This document shows positions 49,858 to 62,519 of a stretch of 64,000 bases of DNA, piece by piece. The DNA comes from Lepidodermella squamata. Taxonomy: Eukaryota > Animalia > Gastrotricha. Position 1 is the first letter of the stretch, and each line of letters opens with the position of its first letter. The position numbers and the translations under genes are program-made. The notes under the pieces are model-generated. The model had not been told where the DNA came from, made no database searches, and worked only from the letters and a program-made list of their open reading frames with translations. Location: assembly GCA_047495785.1 (NCBI GenBank), contig JBLDXI010000002.1:744001-808000 (forward strand), read 5' to 3'.

Positions 49858-51371
49858 GATTTCAGCTATACGAGTAGTCGCGTAGTACTCAGGTTACCAT
49901 TACTATTTTTCGACAGGTAGAGGTGGAATACATGTTGAAAACAGGTAATAATAACGCTGAATAAGCAACGGTCTAAAATGAATTTTTTCGAAATAATTAG
50001 CATTACAACGGATTAGGGTTCAATTAGGATGATTATCCTAATAGTAAATCCTATATCCTAATAGAATCCTATTAGAATGAATGGTAATCCTCGGATATAA
50101 AGGATAAAGGAAAAGGAAGGATGTTCCAAATACCGTCAGGCTAATATTCCAAATGTAATAGATGTCCTATGTCCCACTTTTGGCGGAACCAAATTTTATC
50201 ATTATAAGCGGAACGTGATCAAAGGATAACATAATATTTGGTTGGAAATTTGTAGAAATTCCATGAATTATTCCAAAAAATTCCATAAAATTCTAAATAA
50301 TTCCCTGCAGGAGGCCTAAACATTAAAAAAACGAGGTACCTAACTTGGAAGAAAATTAAAGGTTTGTTTGAAATTCTTCAGCTAGGTCTTAGGTACGTTC
50401 TTGAAATTTGAATAATATCCAAAAAATTAGGAAAAATGTCCCTTTATAAACTCATTTTGAAACTTAACAATAAATGTCCCTCGTTATATCGCGGCGGAAC
50501 TTAGGAGAAAGTGTTGGAAAAAATAATGCTGCATAGTTCCATGAAAATCTCACCTAACCTTAAGTAAGCATACATTTTTGATAATTTAGCCATTTTTATA
50601 AAAAAAATAAAAATGGAAATATTTAAAATATTTGGAATTTTGTTCTCTATTTAAATTCCGCCTCTTCAGTGCGAAATGGCGTGTTTACAGACGTGTTTCC
50701 CCAAATATTTTTACATAGGCCGCTAAACCTGTTTGAAGGTACCCAACTGACCCGGCACGAAAATTTAAGGACACTTTTGACCAGATTTTTTCCAACATTT
50801 TTTTAATAATTAAAAAAGGCGGCATAATCGATTAAAGCTTGAGGTTGCGCTTAAAAAGACCACCTTAATAGGGGAAATATTGGTGTGACCTAGATTCTAC
50901 TGTTAATATTAAATGAACTCTCTTGAAAAGTGCGCGTCTCATTATTAATGATTATTACAGTTTAAAATAATTTTTCTGTTGTATGCTCAATTGAGAAATG
51001 TAGGAATTTCACGCAATTTTAAAAAAATTATTCCCGTCGATAGCTATTTAGGATGTCCCAAAAATGTTTTAACGAGACGAATGGTGCGCATTGCGATGAA
51101 TGTTAACTGCTGGTTCCGCGAGTAATGCGGAGGGTTGTTGTAATATATTATAATTCCAGAGCCAACAGCAGCAGAAGAGTCAAAAGTCGCGACATGTATT
51201 AGATAGGATATACCGCGCGGCTAGACACCGCTTTGTTTGTTAAACCTACGCGCATTGTTTATTTATTTGTTTTGTTCCCGAGCGAGTCGTAAAACATATT
51301 AGGCATGATGTAAAAGATCGCCATCGCAACGTAGCGCTATTTTTCCTGCATCAGAGGTACCTAATGGTAAC

Positions 51372-52458
51372 CTTGTAAGGAATAGTAGAGGAGTTCAAAC
51401 TTGCGTGCGCGCGCACGCGCTTGTGTGTGCCTATTGTGCGACAACGAGCAGGACGAACGAAACGAGCGCGCGTTGTGCTTACATGCAAATGATCAGGCTT
51501 GATCGATTAATAGTTATCTTGAGGTAACTTTCTCAATTTGACGAATTTTTCAAAAATAATTACATATTCTGATAGCTCGTAAAATTTCGCGGTCGCTCAT
51601 GTTTTCATTTTTTCCATTATCTACTTTAATACTAATGTTATTCATGTTTGAAATTGGGTCAATTTATCATCGCTATTTTAGCGCTAAAAACGATGGTATA
51701 TCTGCTGAAAAACATCTATAACACCTTGTATCGATGAAAACTGTTAACACCTCAGCATATAGGGCGACGCGGTTGCATGACAGCCGCTCCACCAGTCAGT
51801 TGACACCTCGCGGAACCACTCGGGCGCACCTCTCGCGCCCGCATCAAGGCACGACCCAGAAATGCTAATCGAATCGCAATTCATCAATAACAAGTCTCGA
51901 GGCCGTCTCTGTCATCCTCATTTACACGTGCTGCAGGTAGTCAATGCCATGCTTGATCAGCGCTATCGGGCGATTTACGCCACTACGACTTTTCCTCCAC
52001 TCCTTGCCGCCAAAATGCCTCAAATCCCTACTAGTCGAGTATTGCGTATAATTAATCTTGCCCGAAAAGTTCTAACTCGTCGATTAATTATGTTTCACCG
52101 CGACCGTAAAAAGTTAGCCACTCTTTCGTTTCGTTCCAGCGTGGCTAAACAAGTCGTCGTCGCTAAATAATGAATCTATTTTCTATTTTCTTTGTGATTC
52201 TCATGAAATTCAACGATAATTCAAAAAATAAAAACATGAGCGACCGCAGAATTTAATGGGCTTTCAGAATATGTAACTATTTTGGTAAAATTCGTCAAAT
52301 TGAGAAAGTTACCTCAAGAAAACAAAAAACTGGCTGTTTAAATCATGCGGCGCAGTACATTTCTATATGGTTGCGTAATCACTACTCGTGTGCGCGCTGT
52401 CGCACGACTCTCGCTGTATGCGCACGCAAGTTTGAACTCCTCTATTATTCCTTACAAG
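51372..52458. mobile_element. Long-inverted-repeat DNA transposon relic with an internal P-element/THAP9-like fragment
   Basis: Inverted arms: 51372-51410 vs 52420-52458 (38/39) and 51517-51549 vs 52287-52319 (33/33). Internal ORF 51862-52170 contains FINNKSRGRLCHP. Confidence 0.65.
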
Positions 52459-53932
52459 ATGGTAACAGGCAAATGATGATGATGAGCGCAAATTATATTA
52501 CCCGGCTATTGACTCTTTTTGTCTCACAACCCGGTAATAATTAATATAAATAATTAATACAACATCCTGCTGTTAATGTATATAATATATAACTAGCTAA
52601 ATGGCCAGCGCGGTCGCGAAATGCTGACATCAATACGTGTACTCGAGTACTGGTCAAATAGCGCGCAAAAGATGAAACGACTCCAAATAGTCATAGCACA
52701 AAGCTGAAAATGAAAGCTGCGAGATGTTGGAGCAAACAAAAACAGCAAGCCGACATCAAACGACGCTACGGCGCCAAACAATGCATCATTATTCTATGTT
52801 CATCGCACCTAAAAAAAAACGAATCTAAAAAAAATCGATATAATTAACGCCTAAATGAAAAAAATCGGGCAATTATATAGCCTCGGTGCGAGTTAATTTT
52901 TTGTGATTATCATAGCAATATCCGCGCGGTTGATCAAGCACGCAAGCCTGTGCTTTATCTGCGATTGATAATTTTGCACCTGAGATTTTCGCAAAAAATA
53001 TTTCTGCATTTATATTAATTGAACATTATATGTGACGTGAGGCGTGGCGCGCAGACAGGATGCAACGAGCAGGTCGTTGCCTGGTGCCGCGGAAGTGTAC
53101 CCTCTAATTATTCGCAACTGCGTGAAATGCAAATTTTCGTTTTTTCTTTCTTATTTGGGCATGTAATGATACTGATAAAAATGCAGCAGATACCAAAATG
53201 GACAAATGGAATTTGAAACGGACTGAATATGACTCTGATTTTTCTGCCGGCTATGAGTGGATTGCCCGATTAACATTGTTGTGAGCGTTCGGCTACGGAC
53301 TTAAGCTCTTAAATAAAATAAATAAAAATAAGTTTTGAACGTGAATCGAGGTAGGTGTCCCATAACTACCGCGAAGAGAGAAAATGCACGGGAATTTGAT
53401 TAGAAAGACTAAAATGAGAGTCGAAACCAAACTTCATGACCAGAAAAAGCTTGAGAATGAAGGATTATTCTATAGCTTGCTATATAGAAATGATATATCC
53501 CCTGATTTGAAACCATGAGCGAGTTTGGCTCAGCCAAACGAGCCGTGAAAGATGAATGGGTGAGGTTGTACATCGAGGTTGTTGTAATAGCAAGACCGTT
53601 TTCTGGCTGGAAATGTCCAATTTCTTTGCTGGTTGTAAGGCAAAGGTCCATTGCTCCCGTACGTCTCCTTTGACATACTCTTGTGACCTAGCGTTGATCG
53701 AATCATCTTGGAAAATTGGCCAGAATCCTATAAGAATTGGACCAGCCTTTGGTCCAATGAAGCCAGCATTCCCCCAAACGAAAGTTTTCCGGTTTGAAGA
53801 AAACCAAAAAGCTCAGAACGCTATGGTGCGCTATTTATTCTGTTCAACTAAACTATTGAAGGAGAGTATTAGGTAACTAGTTTCTTTTATTCAAGAGGAA
53901 GGCGATTCAATTATACGGGAAAGTATCGCATT

Positions 53933-55074
53933 TTAGTCATTATACTTCAATTTTACAGCAATAATTGCAGTTGCAATACAGAGCAAGATATTCATGGAAT
54001 GTAACATAGAGAACCCGGATGAGCTCTCACTTAGGTCAACAGCGACCTCAACACCGATTGCGTAATTCAGGCTCGTTTCATTTTGCGGGCATGAAGTAAA
54101 CTCGAATACTGCTCGATTTGTAATCGAGTAGGCTTCCTTCGAGATTGAGAAGTCACTCATGCCTTCATAGATATGGAGCTATCAACAAACAAATTAAACA
54201 TGCATATAAAATCGACAAAAATGCCTTACCATCATATACTGGTTGCTAGCATCTTTTATTTTGATTGTGCACCCTTTCGGCCATTGACGATAGGACGTGC
54301 TGTTGGCGTAGATATGGAGCAAAGATTCCTTAGGACCAGCGATGGTAAAAGTGCAGCTTGAGACTCTCTCAGGTAAGGATAAAGTTGCATTTGAAATTGA
54401 ATCGGCGCTGCTATTTTCATCGTAACCCAAAGGCGCAAGTCTTGTGATAAGATACTCCTCCTTCCCATCTATTCCATATTCTTGCTTTTTAGAACAGTGA
54501 TCGGCCAAGTTTGAAAAGATGACCCCTGCAAGGGAATATATTAACAGGACTGGAGGGATTCATTTCGGAGGAAACTTGCGAATCTTTGTCGAATCATCTT
54601 CTTGAGGTGAACTACCAGGCTTAACGTATTGGTTGGAGCTCCGGTAGTAGTAACCGTCATGGTAATGGTAATAATGGCGGTAATGCCAGATTGGCAGAGG
54701 AAGAACGACGACTGGATGATAGCCGTAATATATCGGGCGATAAATCACGGGCGAGTAAAACCTTGTAACCGAGTATCTCGTCAACGATCGATACGGCACA
54801 ACTGAGCGGCCGAAACTGGTAGTTCGAACGACACTCGGGGAATAGGTACCAAATCTGGAGCTGGAAAATGAAGCCGATATACTTTTGCTACTGCTGCTGC
54901 CTATCGAAGACACCGATTTGCCAACTGAAAAGTGGGGGAATAGTGAAGCATGTGTGAGAAAAGGGAGTCAATTTTACCTCCGCCAAGGCTAATTTTTATT
55001 CTTTTGCAATCGATTATTTCTACGCCAAACAAGGCAATCGCTATAATAACGAGCCAAAACGTTTGCTTCAGCAT
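53933..55074 (-). CDS. Secreted/GPI-type protein: Ser- and Tyr/His-rich region + CUB-like domain + hydrophobic C-terminus
   Basis: Four exons: signal exon from 55074, about 54924-54580, 54525-54229, and about 54178-53933. Intron 54526-54579 is GC-AG. C-terminal ILLCIATAIIAV. Confidence 0.7.
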
Positions 55075-55937
55075 TTTACCAAGCTTATGGTAGCAGATAA
55101 CAGAACTCAAAACGTCATTTCTGTTAACGATCAAACTTCATTATATACTACGGTGAAAAGGCATGTGTTGCAATAGCTGGAATGTTTTGCGTCAGGAAAC
55201 CAGCGTTGTCATAATTTTTTTCTACGATCGTTGAATTTCATTAGGGTGAATGTACCACGATGAGCGGTTTCGTCAGCTAAAGCCAGAGCTGTTTGGTCCA
55301 GAGTGCAGTCACCGCCAAACGAAAAACGGTTCCGAATGCTTCCCAATCCATCCCATTGGTATTAAAACCGGAAGATTCAAGGAATCAGAAAGGTGGAGGC
55401 TGTTATAAAGCCCGGTTCACAAAACGCCGGTTCCATAGAAGTGACTAGTATTCATCGATTGAAGATGCCTCGTGCCTCGTATTATGGAAGATGCAAATAA
55501 CTAGGACTGTTTCCTCTGGAAATTAATAGCTTCCAACATGACCTTGCTGCTCAAATTTTTGGCAGTTTCCAGCCAAAGAAAAATGCTTGGTTGCCATAGA
55601 AAGCAAAATGTTACCATGCGCTTGTAGGAACAGCACAGTTTATTCTTAGATTGGGCATCAGGCAATTTAGATTGGGCAATTACTTATTGTTGTGTAATGC
55701 GGTAAAAGGAGAGGAATCCATAAATTTGATGTTCATGTCAAAGAGATATTTGAGTGGGGTACTTACAGGAGGAGCATCGTTTACCCCAATTAAACAAACG
55801 CATGCTATTTCAATCTTGTCTGGAGTTTTTTGTGCCAGGAAAACGCAGTGTTTTATGCTTTAGAACTGATCTGAAGGTGCACAGAATCCTTGATAGCATC
55901 GGCTCTGTGAATCGATCTTAAAAATAAGGGTGCTACT

Positions 55938-56111
55938 CGTTCACGCCGTGGAAGAACTCGCACTTCGGAAAAAGTCCGACTGTACACGAGAAACACGATT
56001 GTACCGAGTACAGTATGTTTAGATATAATGGAAAAATACAGTCGGCCTACCGTACTCGTTTGTACAGTAATAAGGAAAAAATACCGAAGTGCGAGTTCCG
56101 CGACGGGAACG
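55938..56111. repeat. Short imperfect palindrome (MITE-like)
   Basis: Exact 15-bp inverted pair 55954-55968 / 56084-56098, with a nested CCGACTGTA / TACAGTCGG pair. Confidence 0.6.
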
Positions 56112-56160
56112 TACTGAACTAGGTATAGTTTTTAGTTTGTCTCGAAAATATATTCCATCA

Positions 56161-57853
56161 TCAGCAAGACTTGGCTTTGCATACACCTCCGCGAGAAGCC
56201 AACACAACAGCGATTTCTTTGTTATTGTGATCGAAGGCCAGATCCAACGCAGTCCAGCCGTTGCTTGTAACGGCGTTTACAGAAGCGCCGCGATCGAGCA
56301 GTAGCCTCACGATTTGCAAGTGGTCGCCTCTTGCAGCCAAATGCAAAGGCGTGTAGTTCCTGTACTCCTCTTTCGTGTTAACGTCCACGCCTCGATCGAG
56401 CAGGAACCGGGCGATTTGAGTTCGCGTCTCAGACTTACCGGCGCACTGAAGTAAGCGGTGCAAGTATCTAGGCTTTCTAACATAGCTCCAGCAAGTGCCG
56501 AATTCTCCGTACATTAGCACGGTTGTATCAAACTTTCCACTCACCTCGATCTCGCTGACCAATCTTCGAAATTTCTCGAAATTGCCATCTTCACATGCCT
56601 GTCCTAGCTGCGTGTACAATTCATCCACGTCCTTCCAAGGCTTGTTTTATGGAAACAATTAGCCATAATTAATCTTCTTTCAAAAGTATATAGACATTTT
56701 TTTCCTAGCAGTTCGAACAAACTGATTACGAATGTGGAACCCGAGGTCTGGTTTTGTTGAATTTTTCCCTATCGAATGTAACAGGGATTGGGAATAGTTA
56801 GCCTCATAGTTAGCCACATAAGTAGCCACCCATTGTCCCAACCCGTAAGGAATTTCAAACTTACTATCATGCAGCGTTCACCCACCCATGACTTCGAACA
56901 CTCACAAGTATTTCCGGCTGAACAACACTGCCACCGTTGAGGCAGGGATGATCGCAGTAAGCTGAAGTGGCAAGTGTTTCTATGATGTATAGAACTGGAT
57001 TGAATAAAAATTTAACTCACGCTCGCTGCAGTCCGTCCCAGTCCACCATCCTTGACATGTGCAGACATTTTCACCAGCACAATATCCGCCGTTCCGGCAT
57101 GGTTTCGAGCATAAAGCTGAAATTTAGGGAGTAGAACAATGCAATGATTGCCTCATAGTGGCCTCGACATTTCAAGATTCATTCAGTGTCCCGAGTCCCC
57201 TTTTTTCCTTAGGTTTCACGACGTAGCACATTAATTCGAGGAGCAAAGACAAATTGAAAATTTCGAAAAATTCAAAATGTAAATCTCAAGCAAAGATTAC
57301 CCTCTTCTAAAGTAGTGCTCCATGTGGCTTACGTTCGCTGCAGTTCGATCCAGTCCAGCCAGCCGAGCAAGTGCAATTATTTCTACTCGAACAATGGCCG
57401 CCATTGAGGGACGGCTGGGCGCACAAAGCTGAACTATCTGTAAGTAAGCCATGTTTAGCCTGGATCTGAAACTGCACGAGAACTCACGTTTAGCAGCCAT
57501 CGAATCGATTGCGGAATGAAGAATTTTCAGTTCTGATAATCAACGCACGAATTTGAAAATTTGAATTTCTCCTAAAAAATTACACTTACCCTTCGAAATA
57601 GATTCAAACTTGAATCGTTGGTTGGTCAGTTCTTTAAAAGCGATGAGTAAAATCTTAGAATTTTTATCGGAAAATCTTTACCATTTCTGATATCGTCATA
57701 TATATCACGGCGATTTCTGATTATATGGTCAATTTTGCCTTCTACTGATGCTCCAGCCAACTGAAATTTGGACGATGCCATAGCAGAAACGGCTTGGCGT
57801 TCTCCGCAACACAAGGCCACCAATGCGAATACTGCAACGGCTAATTTCCGCAT
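56161..57853 (-). CDS. Signal peptide + 3 EGF + ankyrin repeats, with a frameshift in EGF exon 3 (possible pseudogene or assembly error)
   Basis: Exons 57853-57682, 57631-57590, 57532-57488, 57437-57333, about 57116-57021, about 56961-56864, about 56768-56730, 56640-56161. EGF pattern C..PCxNGGxC....CxC..GW.G..C. ANK motifs YTPLHLAA and GWTALDLA. Extra GT at 56925-56926. Confidence 0.65.
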
Positions 57854-58269
57854 TGGTCAAAATTTCCAACCTTCCGGATTATCGAAAAGTTGTTGTTTCA
57901 AAAATCTACCAGTTTTTTGAGATAACGCAAATTTGTGTGACATGTTAGTTTATGAGAAATAGGAATTAAATGGGTCTACCATTTAATTTGGAATAATTGT
58001 ACATAAAAATGCTAAATCAGAATGTGCTTGTGCTCAACAGAATGGCACAATTCTGACAAACGGAAACGCGAACGGAATAATTTATGCTGTGTTTGAACGT
58101 TTTTGGAAGTGATTCATCTTTCCAAAGCTAAAAGACCTCATCAAAGCTTATTTGAATCTCAATTTGAACGATTTTACTTCTCCCAAGATGAATAGACACA
58201 CAGTATTTTGCAAATTTTATTTTTATTTTTTTGTCAACGCTGGTACATTATGCGAATGATAAGAAATTG

Positions 58270-59859
58270 TTAGAGATCGAAGGCATGCTGGCGTATGAAA
58301 GGCAGAAATTCGCTGACTTTGGTGTAAATTCCTGGCTGCAAGGCTTGTCCACAGCCGAAACCGTAAGAAACAATGCCGGACAGGTAGAAAGCGTCATCCT
58401 TTTTGCCGATTTTGCAAGAGAGGGGACCGCCCGAGTCACCTTGGCACGAATCTCGGCCACCTTCCTTGTACCCGGCGCAAAGCATGTTCTCGGTAAAAAA
58501 ATCCTAGGGAACGAAGCAAAAAGAGGTCTATAATTCATAATGAAATGTTTATGCCTATACCTTCAAGCGAACGTCCCAGGACGTGCAAACCTGCCTACTA
58601 ACAATAGGTACTTCAGCTTCTTTCAGATATTCATCGCCTCCAGTGCCTTTAGTCGCGCCGTAACCAGTTACATAGCAATATTGACCAGTAGCAGGGCTAA
58701 CGGTAGGAAGGCATATCGGTTGGATGTAGCTGTTCAACTCAAAACCAGGCGCCTTCAGCCGAACAATCGCAATATCGTTATCGAACAGGCTTATATGACT
58801 TCTCCCGTATTTAGGGTGCAGGATAATTCGCTCGGCTGCCATCTCAACTGCCTGAGGCTCGTACTCCCAAACTTTGTTTTTCCCGGCTATAAAAGTGTAC
58901 GGCCGGGTTAATATCGTGCCGTGGCTTGACTTCTTGAAGCAATGGGCGGCTGTCACGATGTGACGAGGCGAAATCAATGATCCGCCGCAGATGATTCTTC
59001 CGTCGCTCTGAATAGCGATCTGCCACGGCCAATCTTTTTCTTGAGCAACAACTCCGCCAATAATTCGATCACCATCATCCTTAAATTGTACATTCTCATA
59101 AGAAACAAGAGATGATTGACACATGCCGATTTGACCATCGGCAGAAAAGTAAATTGGGTGTTTTGGTCAGTATTTTCTAATCTCATTTATGGATAAAATT
59201 CTGAATTTTGTTCGATTATTTGAAATAAAATCGTATTTAGCCCACTAAACAGGGAATTTCAGGGCCGAGTTATCACGAAATTTAGAGGATCGAGATGAAG
59301 GTTCAGAAGCTTTTGGTATCAGATGAATCGATGCTTAATTATTCTTACCCTAAGACCGCAAGGGATCTTGCAGGCCGCGTGAGAAACAACCGCTTGGAAC
59401 CCTCGGCCGGTTTTGTTGTTTTTGTCGCTTTGAAAGAAAACCATCATCGACCGGCCGCTTGATTTGAAAACTGCCGGCGACGGAATAGTCGAGCCGCAAG
59501 TGTGTAAAATAGCCGCGGAGTAGGTCGAATCACCGTCGTAAACATTTAGAAAATCGTTCTCACAGTCGTGGCTCTGCTCAATGCTCATAGCTAAATCCAC
59601 AAAAAATCATAATAAATCGAACAGAAATTCTGAATATCTAGAACTCACATGTCAGCTTGAAGTCTATGCAAAACCCCTTGGGTGCCTTGAAATTGTAGCG
59701 ATGAGTAACTCCTATCGGGTAGTTTTGCCCTGGCCGGCTCGGATAGCGAATCGGCATTGTTTTAGAAATGACTCCGGCAGAATCCTTTGCTTTGAGCGAA
59801 ATAGCTGCGAAAACAGCAAGTAGTAGTAACCGTGAGTTTTTGGCTGTTCTAGATGACAT
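58270..59859 (-). CDS. CUB-domain trypsin-like serine protease
   Basis: Signal peptide, CUB ([22 protein letters not shown]), R-IIGG activation site, AAHC / DNDIA / GDSGGP triad, and an S1 Asp (RDSCQ). Confidence 0.93.
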
Positions 59860-60863
59860 TTCAAACGATATTTCTCAAGAAGTTAGGAAATAAGTTGAGC
59901 ACTCCACTATGAAACTGTTCACTTTACGTAACGCAGATTAATTGTGTATTTACCTGTTACATAAAGCAAACTTTAGTTAGGAAGGACACAACTCTTGACC
60001 CAGGTATTTGCCAGATGGTCAAATAAACAATAGAGTGTGTAGATATTAAGGACAGGGACTAATACTCTGTATCGCTAAGAGACGTACTATATATAAGACG
60101 CCGCGACTTGCAGAAAATCAGAAAAAGAGTCATCTTTTAATGAGGTCCAACTCGACCAATGAATCATCTCATTACACTTTTAGCAATCATCTTTAAAGCC
60201 TCTTTTTTGCTTAAGATCCACGAGATCAACACGTCTCGCCGATCTTTTGCTGTAAAATAATTTCAAGCAGTTTTCAACAATTTACACTTAAAAAATTAAA
60301 TCTCCGAAATTTTTGGACATAAAATTGAATCGTATTCACAGAATAAAAACATATTTACGGTTGTGTACCAACCGAGCGGTCATGTATAAAGGGGAGCCTT
60401 AGCGGCGTTACACTGCCTTAATTTTCATGGAAATGGATTTGAAGAAAAAAAGAAGTTAGGAAAACTTCTGAATCAACAATAACTGCCATAGGCGAGAAAT
60501 ATGAGTCAAAATCTCAAAAGGACAAAAAATATCATCTCAACTATATACCACTGTTTGAAGATTATCTCTAACGCCGTGCTGCTCACGTATATTTTATATT
60601 TATATGAGCACACTGCCGCTGATTCATGAAATGAAAAAAAAATTAATTAATTTCCGTTGTTCAATTCTTCAAAATTACTCGCATGATATAATACGCGCCG
60701 TCTTCGACATCTTCTTCATTTTTTTGTTATTAAATGTTCTCACCGCGGATTCAACTCTCTCAAGTAACGTCCTGTTTTGAGGTGGAAAATGGTATAAATA
60801 CTGCTGCTTACATGTCAGTTCAAGCACCATCATCTCAGCTAGTGAAGAAACTGTATTCGAACT

Positions 60864-61280
60864 ATGGCAGCTATCTACCTTCTTGGACTTCTGACGACTC
60901 TGCTGTTGTGTAAGTTGAATCCATCCAAGAATATTCACTGTTTCAACCTGTGAATATTTCTTTCAGTCAGTCTTATCACAGCTCAGTCAGATTTTGGCGA
61001 TGGTTTAAGTGGCGGTCAAGGTAGCTCGGGGCGGTCGTGGCCAATCTCATCGAGAGGCGGTGGCGGATCTGATGGCAGTGTCGTTGGCTACATGAGCAAT
61101 CCACGCCAGCTTCCGAATATGGGAGGAAGCTCTTACGGAAGCTGGCCTTCGCCGTCCTACAGCCCTCCCAGTTACATTTACAATCCCCGCAGTCAACCTT
61201 ACTGGGACAATAACCCTTACGACTCTGGTAACAACTACTATTACCAAAGGCCTACTTATTATTATGGTTGGGGTCGTTGA
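60864..61280 (+). CDS. Small secreted Gly/Ser/Tyr/Pro-rich protein
   Basis: TATAAATA at 60793. Exons 60864-60909 (MAAIYLLGLLTTLLL) and 60967-61280. Ends YYYGWGR. AATAAA at 61401. Confidence 0.8.
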
Positions 61281-61673
61281 AAGCCAGAATCCAGCGACCA
61301 TTCCAAAGTTGACAGAGAATACTTTGATAGATTCACATTGTCGCTTCATAATCTAGAATGAATCTTCAACTTGCGGTGAATCGCTAGACTATCATTTCCG
61401 AATAAAAATGCTCGCCTCGTTCCTCGATCTTTGGCTTTTTATCGTGTGATAAATTATAGTCAATTTATTTCTTTGAACATACCTCCTAGCATTGGGTAAA
61501 AAATGCCGAGTTTTCTAATCCCCGGGATAATCTTCTCAACGTGTTTCTCGGTTTCCCCAACCGCGAATTTTCCATTCTTCAGTCACGTTCGGATTAAGAC
61601 AAAAAATGCTTCATAAAACGTTAAACAAAGTTCAGATCTCGTCGGATTACTCAAATTTGATTAATCAGCAAAA

Positions 61674-62519
61674 ATGGCTAGAATTTACTTGCTCGGTTTC
61701 CTGGCAATACAGTTTCTATGTGAGTGTGTTCCCTGAGTTTCAAATTCAGTTCGTTATGGGAATCCATTTCCAGGTATTTCGATCGCCGCTCAACAAGATC
61801 CATCAACGAATGGTGGCAGTAGAACTGTCAACTACCCGATCATCGCAAACAGGCCAGATTTTGCGAGTGGCTACGTGGCTGGAATGATGGATAGGAACAG
61901 AGGAGGCTGGGATACTGACAATAACAATTACAACGGTAATAACAACCGCAATTACGGTAACAGTAACAATAACAATCGGAATACTGGGTACAATGGTGGC
62001 CAAAACTATAATGGGGGCCAAAACTACAATGGGGGCCAAAACTACAATGGTGGTCGAAACTACAATGGCTACTACAACCAAGGCCCCAATGTCAATAGTA
62101 ACACGAATTATCAAGTACCAAACACCAACGGTAATAACGGGAATAGGAACTACCAGCCTCCCAATAACTACAGGAATGACAACCAACCGGGTTATTCCAA
62201 TCAAAATGGCGCCGTAGGCGGTATCCAGCCTTCGAGTCCTGTGGTTATCTACATAAACACTCCAGGTTCCAATGGCAATAATGTGAACACAGCCCAGCGT
62301 GGGCAAGGTGGGATGTACTCGGGAAGTATCGATAATGGTTACGTCAACACCAACCAGCGGCAAGGCTGGAGCGCGAATTCGAACACCAACAACAACGGAA
62401 ATAACAATTACAATAACAACAACGGATGGAATCAAAGACAGCCGCAAGCTTCAGGAGTTGGCTATATGGGTAACAATTACAATAGCAATGGTAACCGGAA
62501 CTATGGCGCCCGGAATTAG
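61674..62519 (+). CDS. Secreted Asn/Gly/Tyr/Gln-rich prion-like protein
   Basis: Exons 61674-61719 (MARIYLLGFLAIQFL) and 61774-62519. (NYNGGQ)-type repeats x4. Confidence 0.85.

Noticed and set aside
53409-53876. Overlapping 80-106-aa ORFs
   Set aside because: No start or splice structure and no domain recognised.
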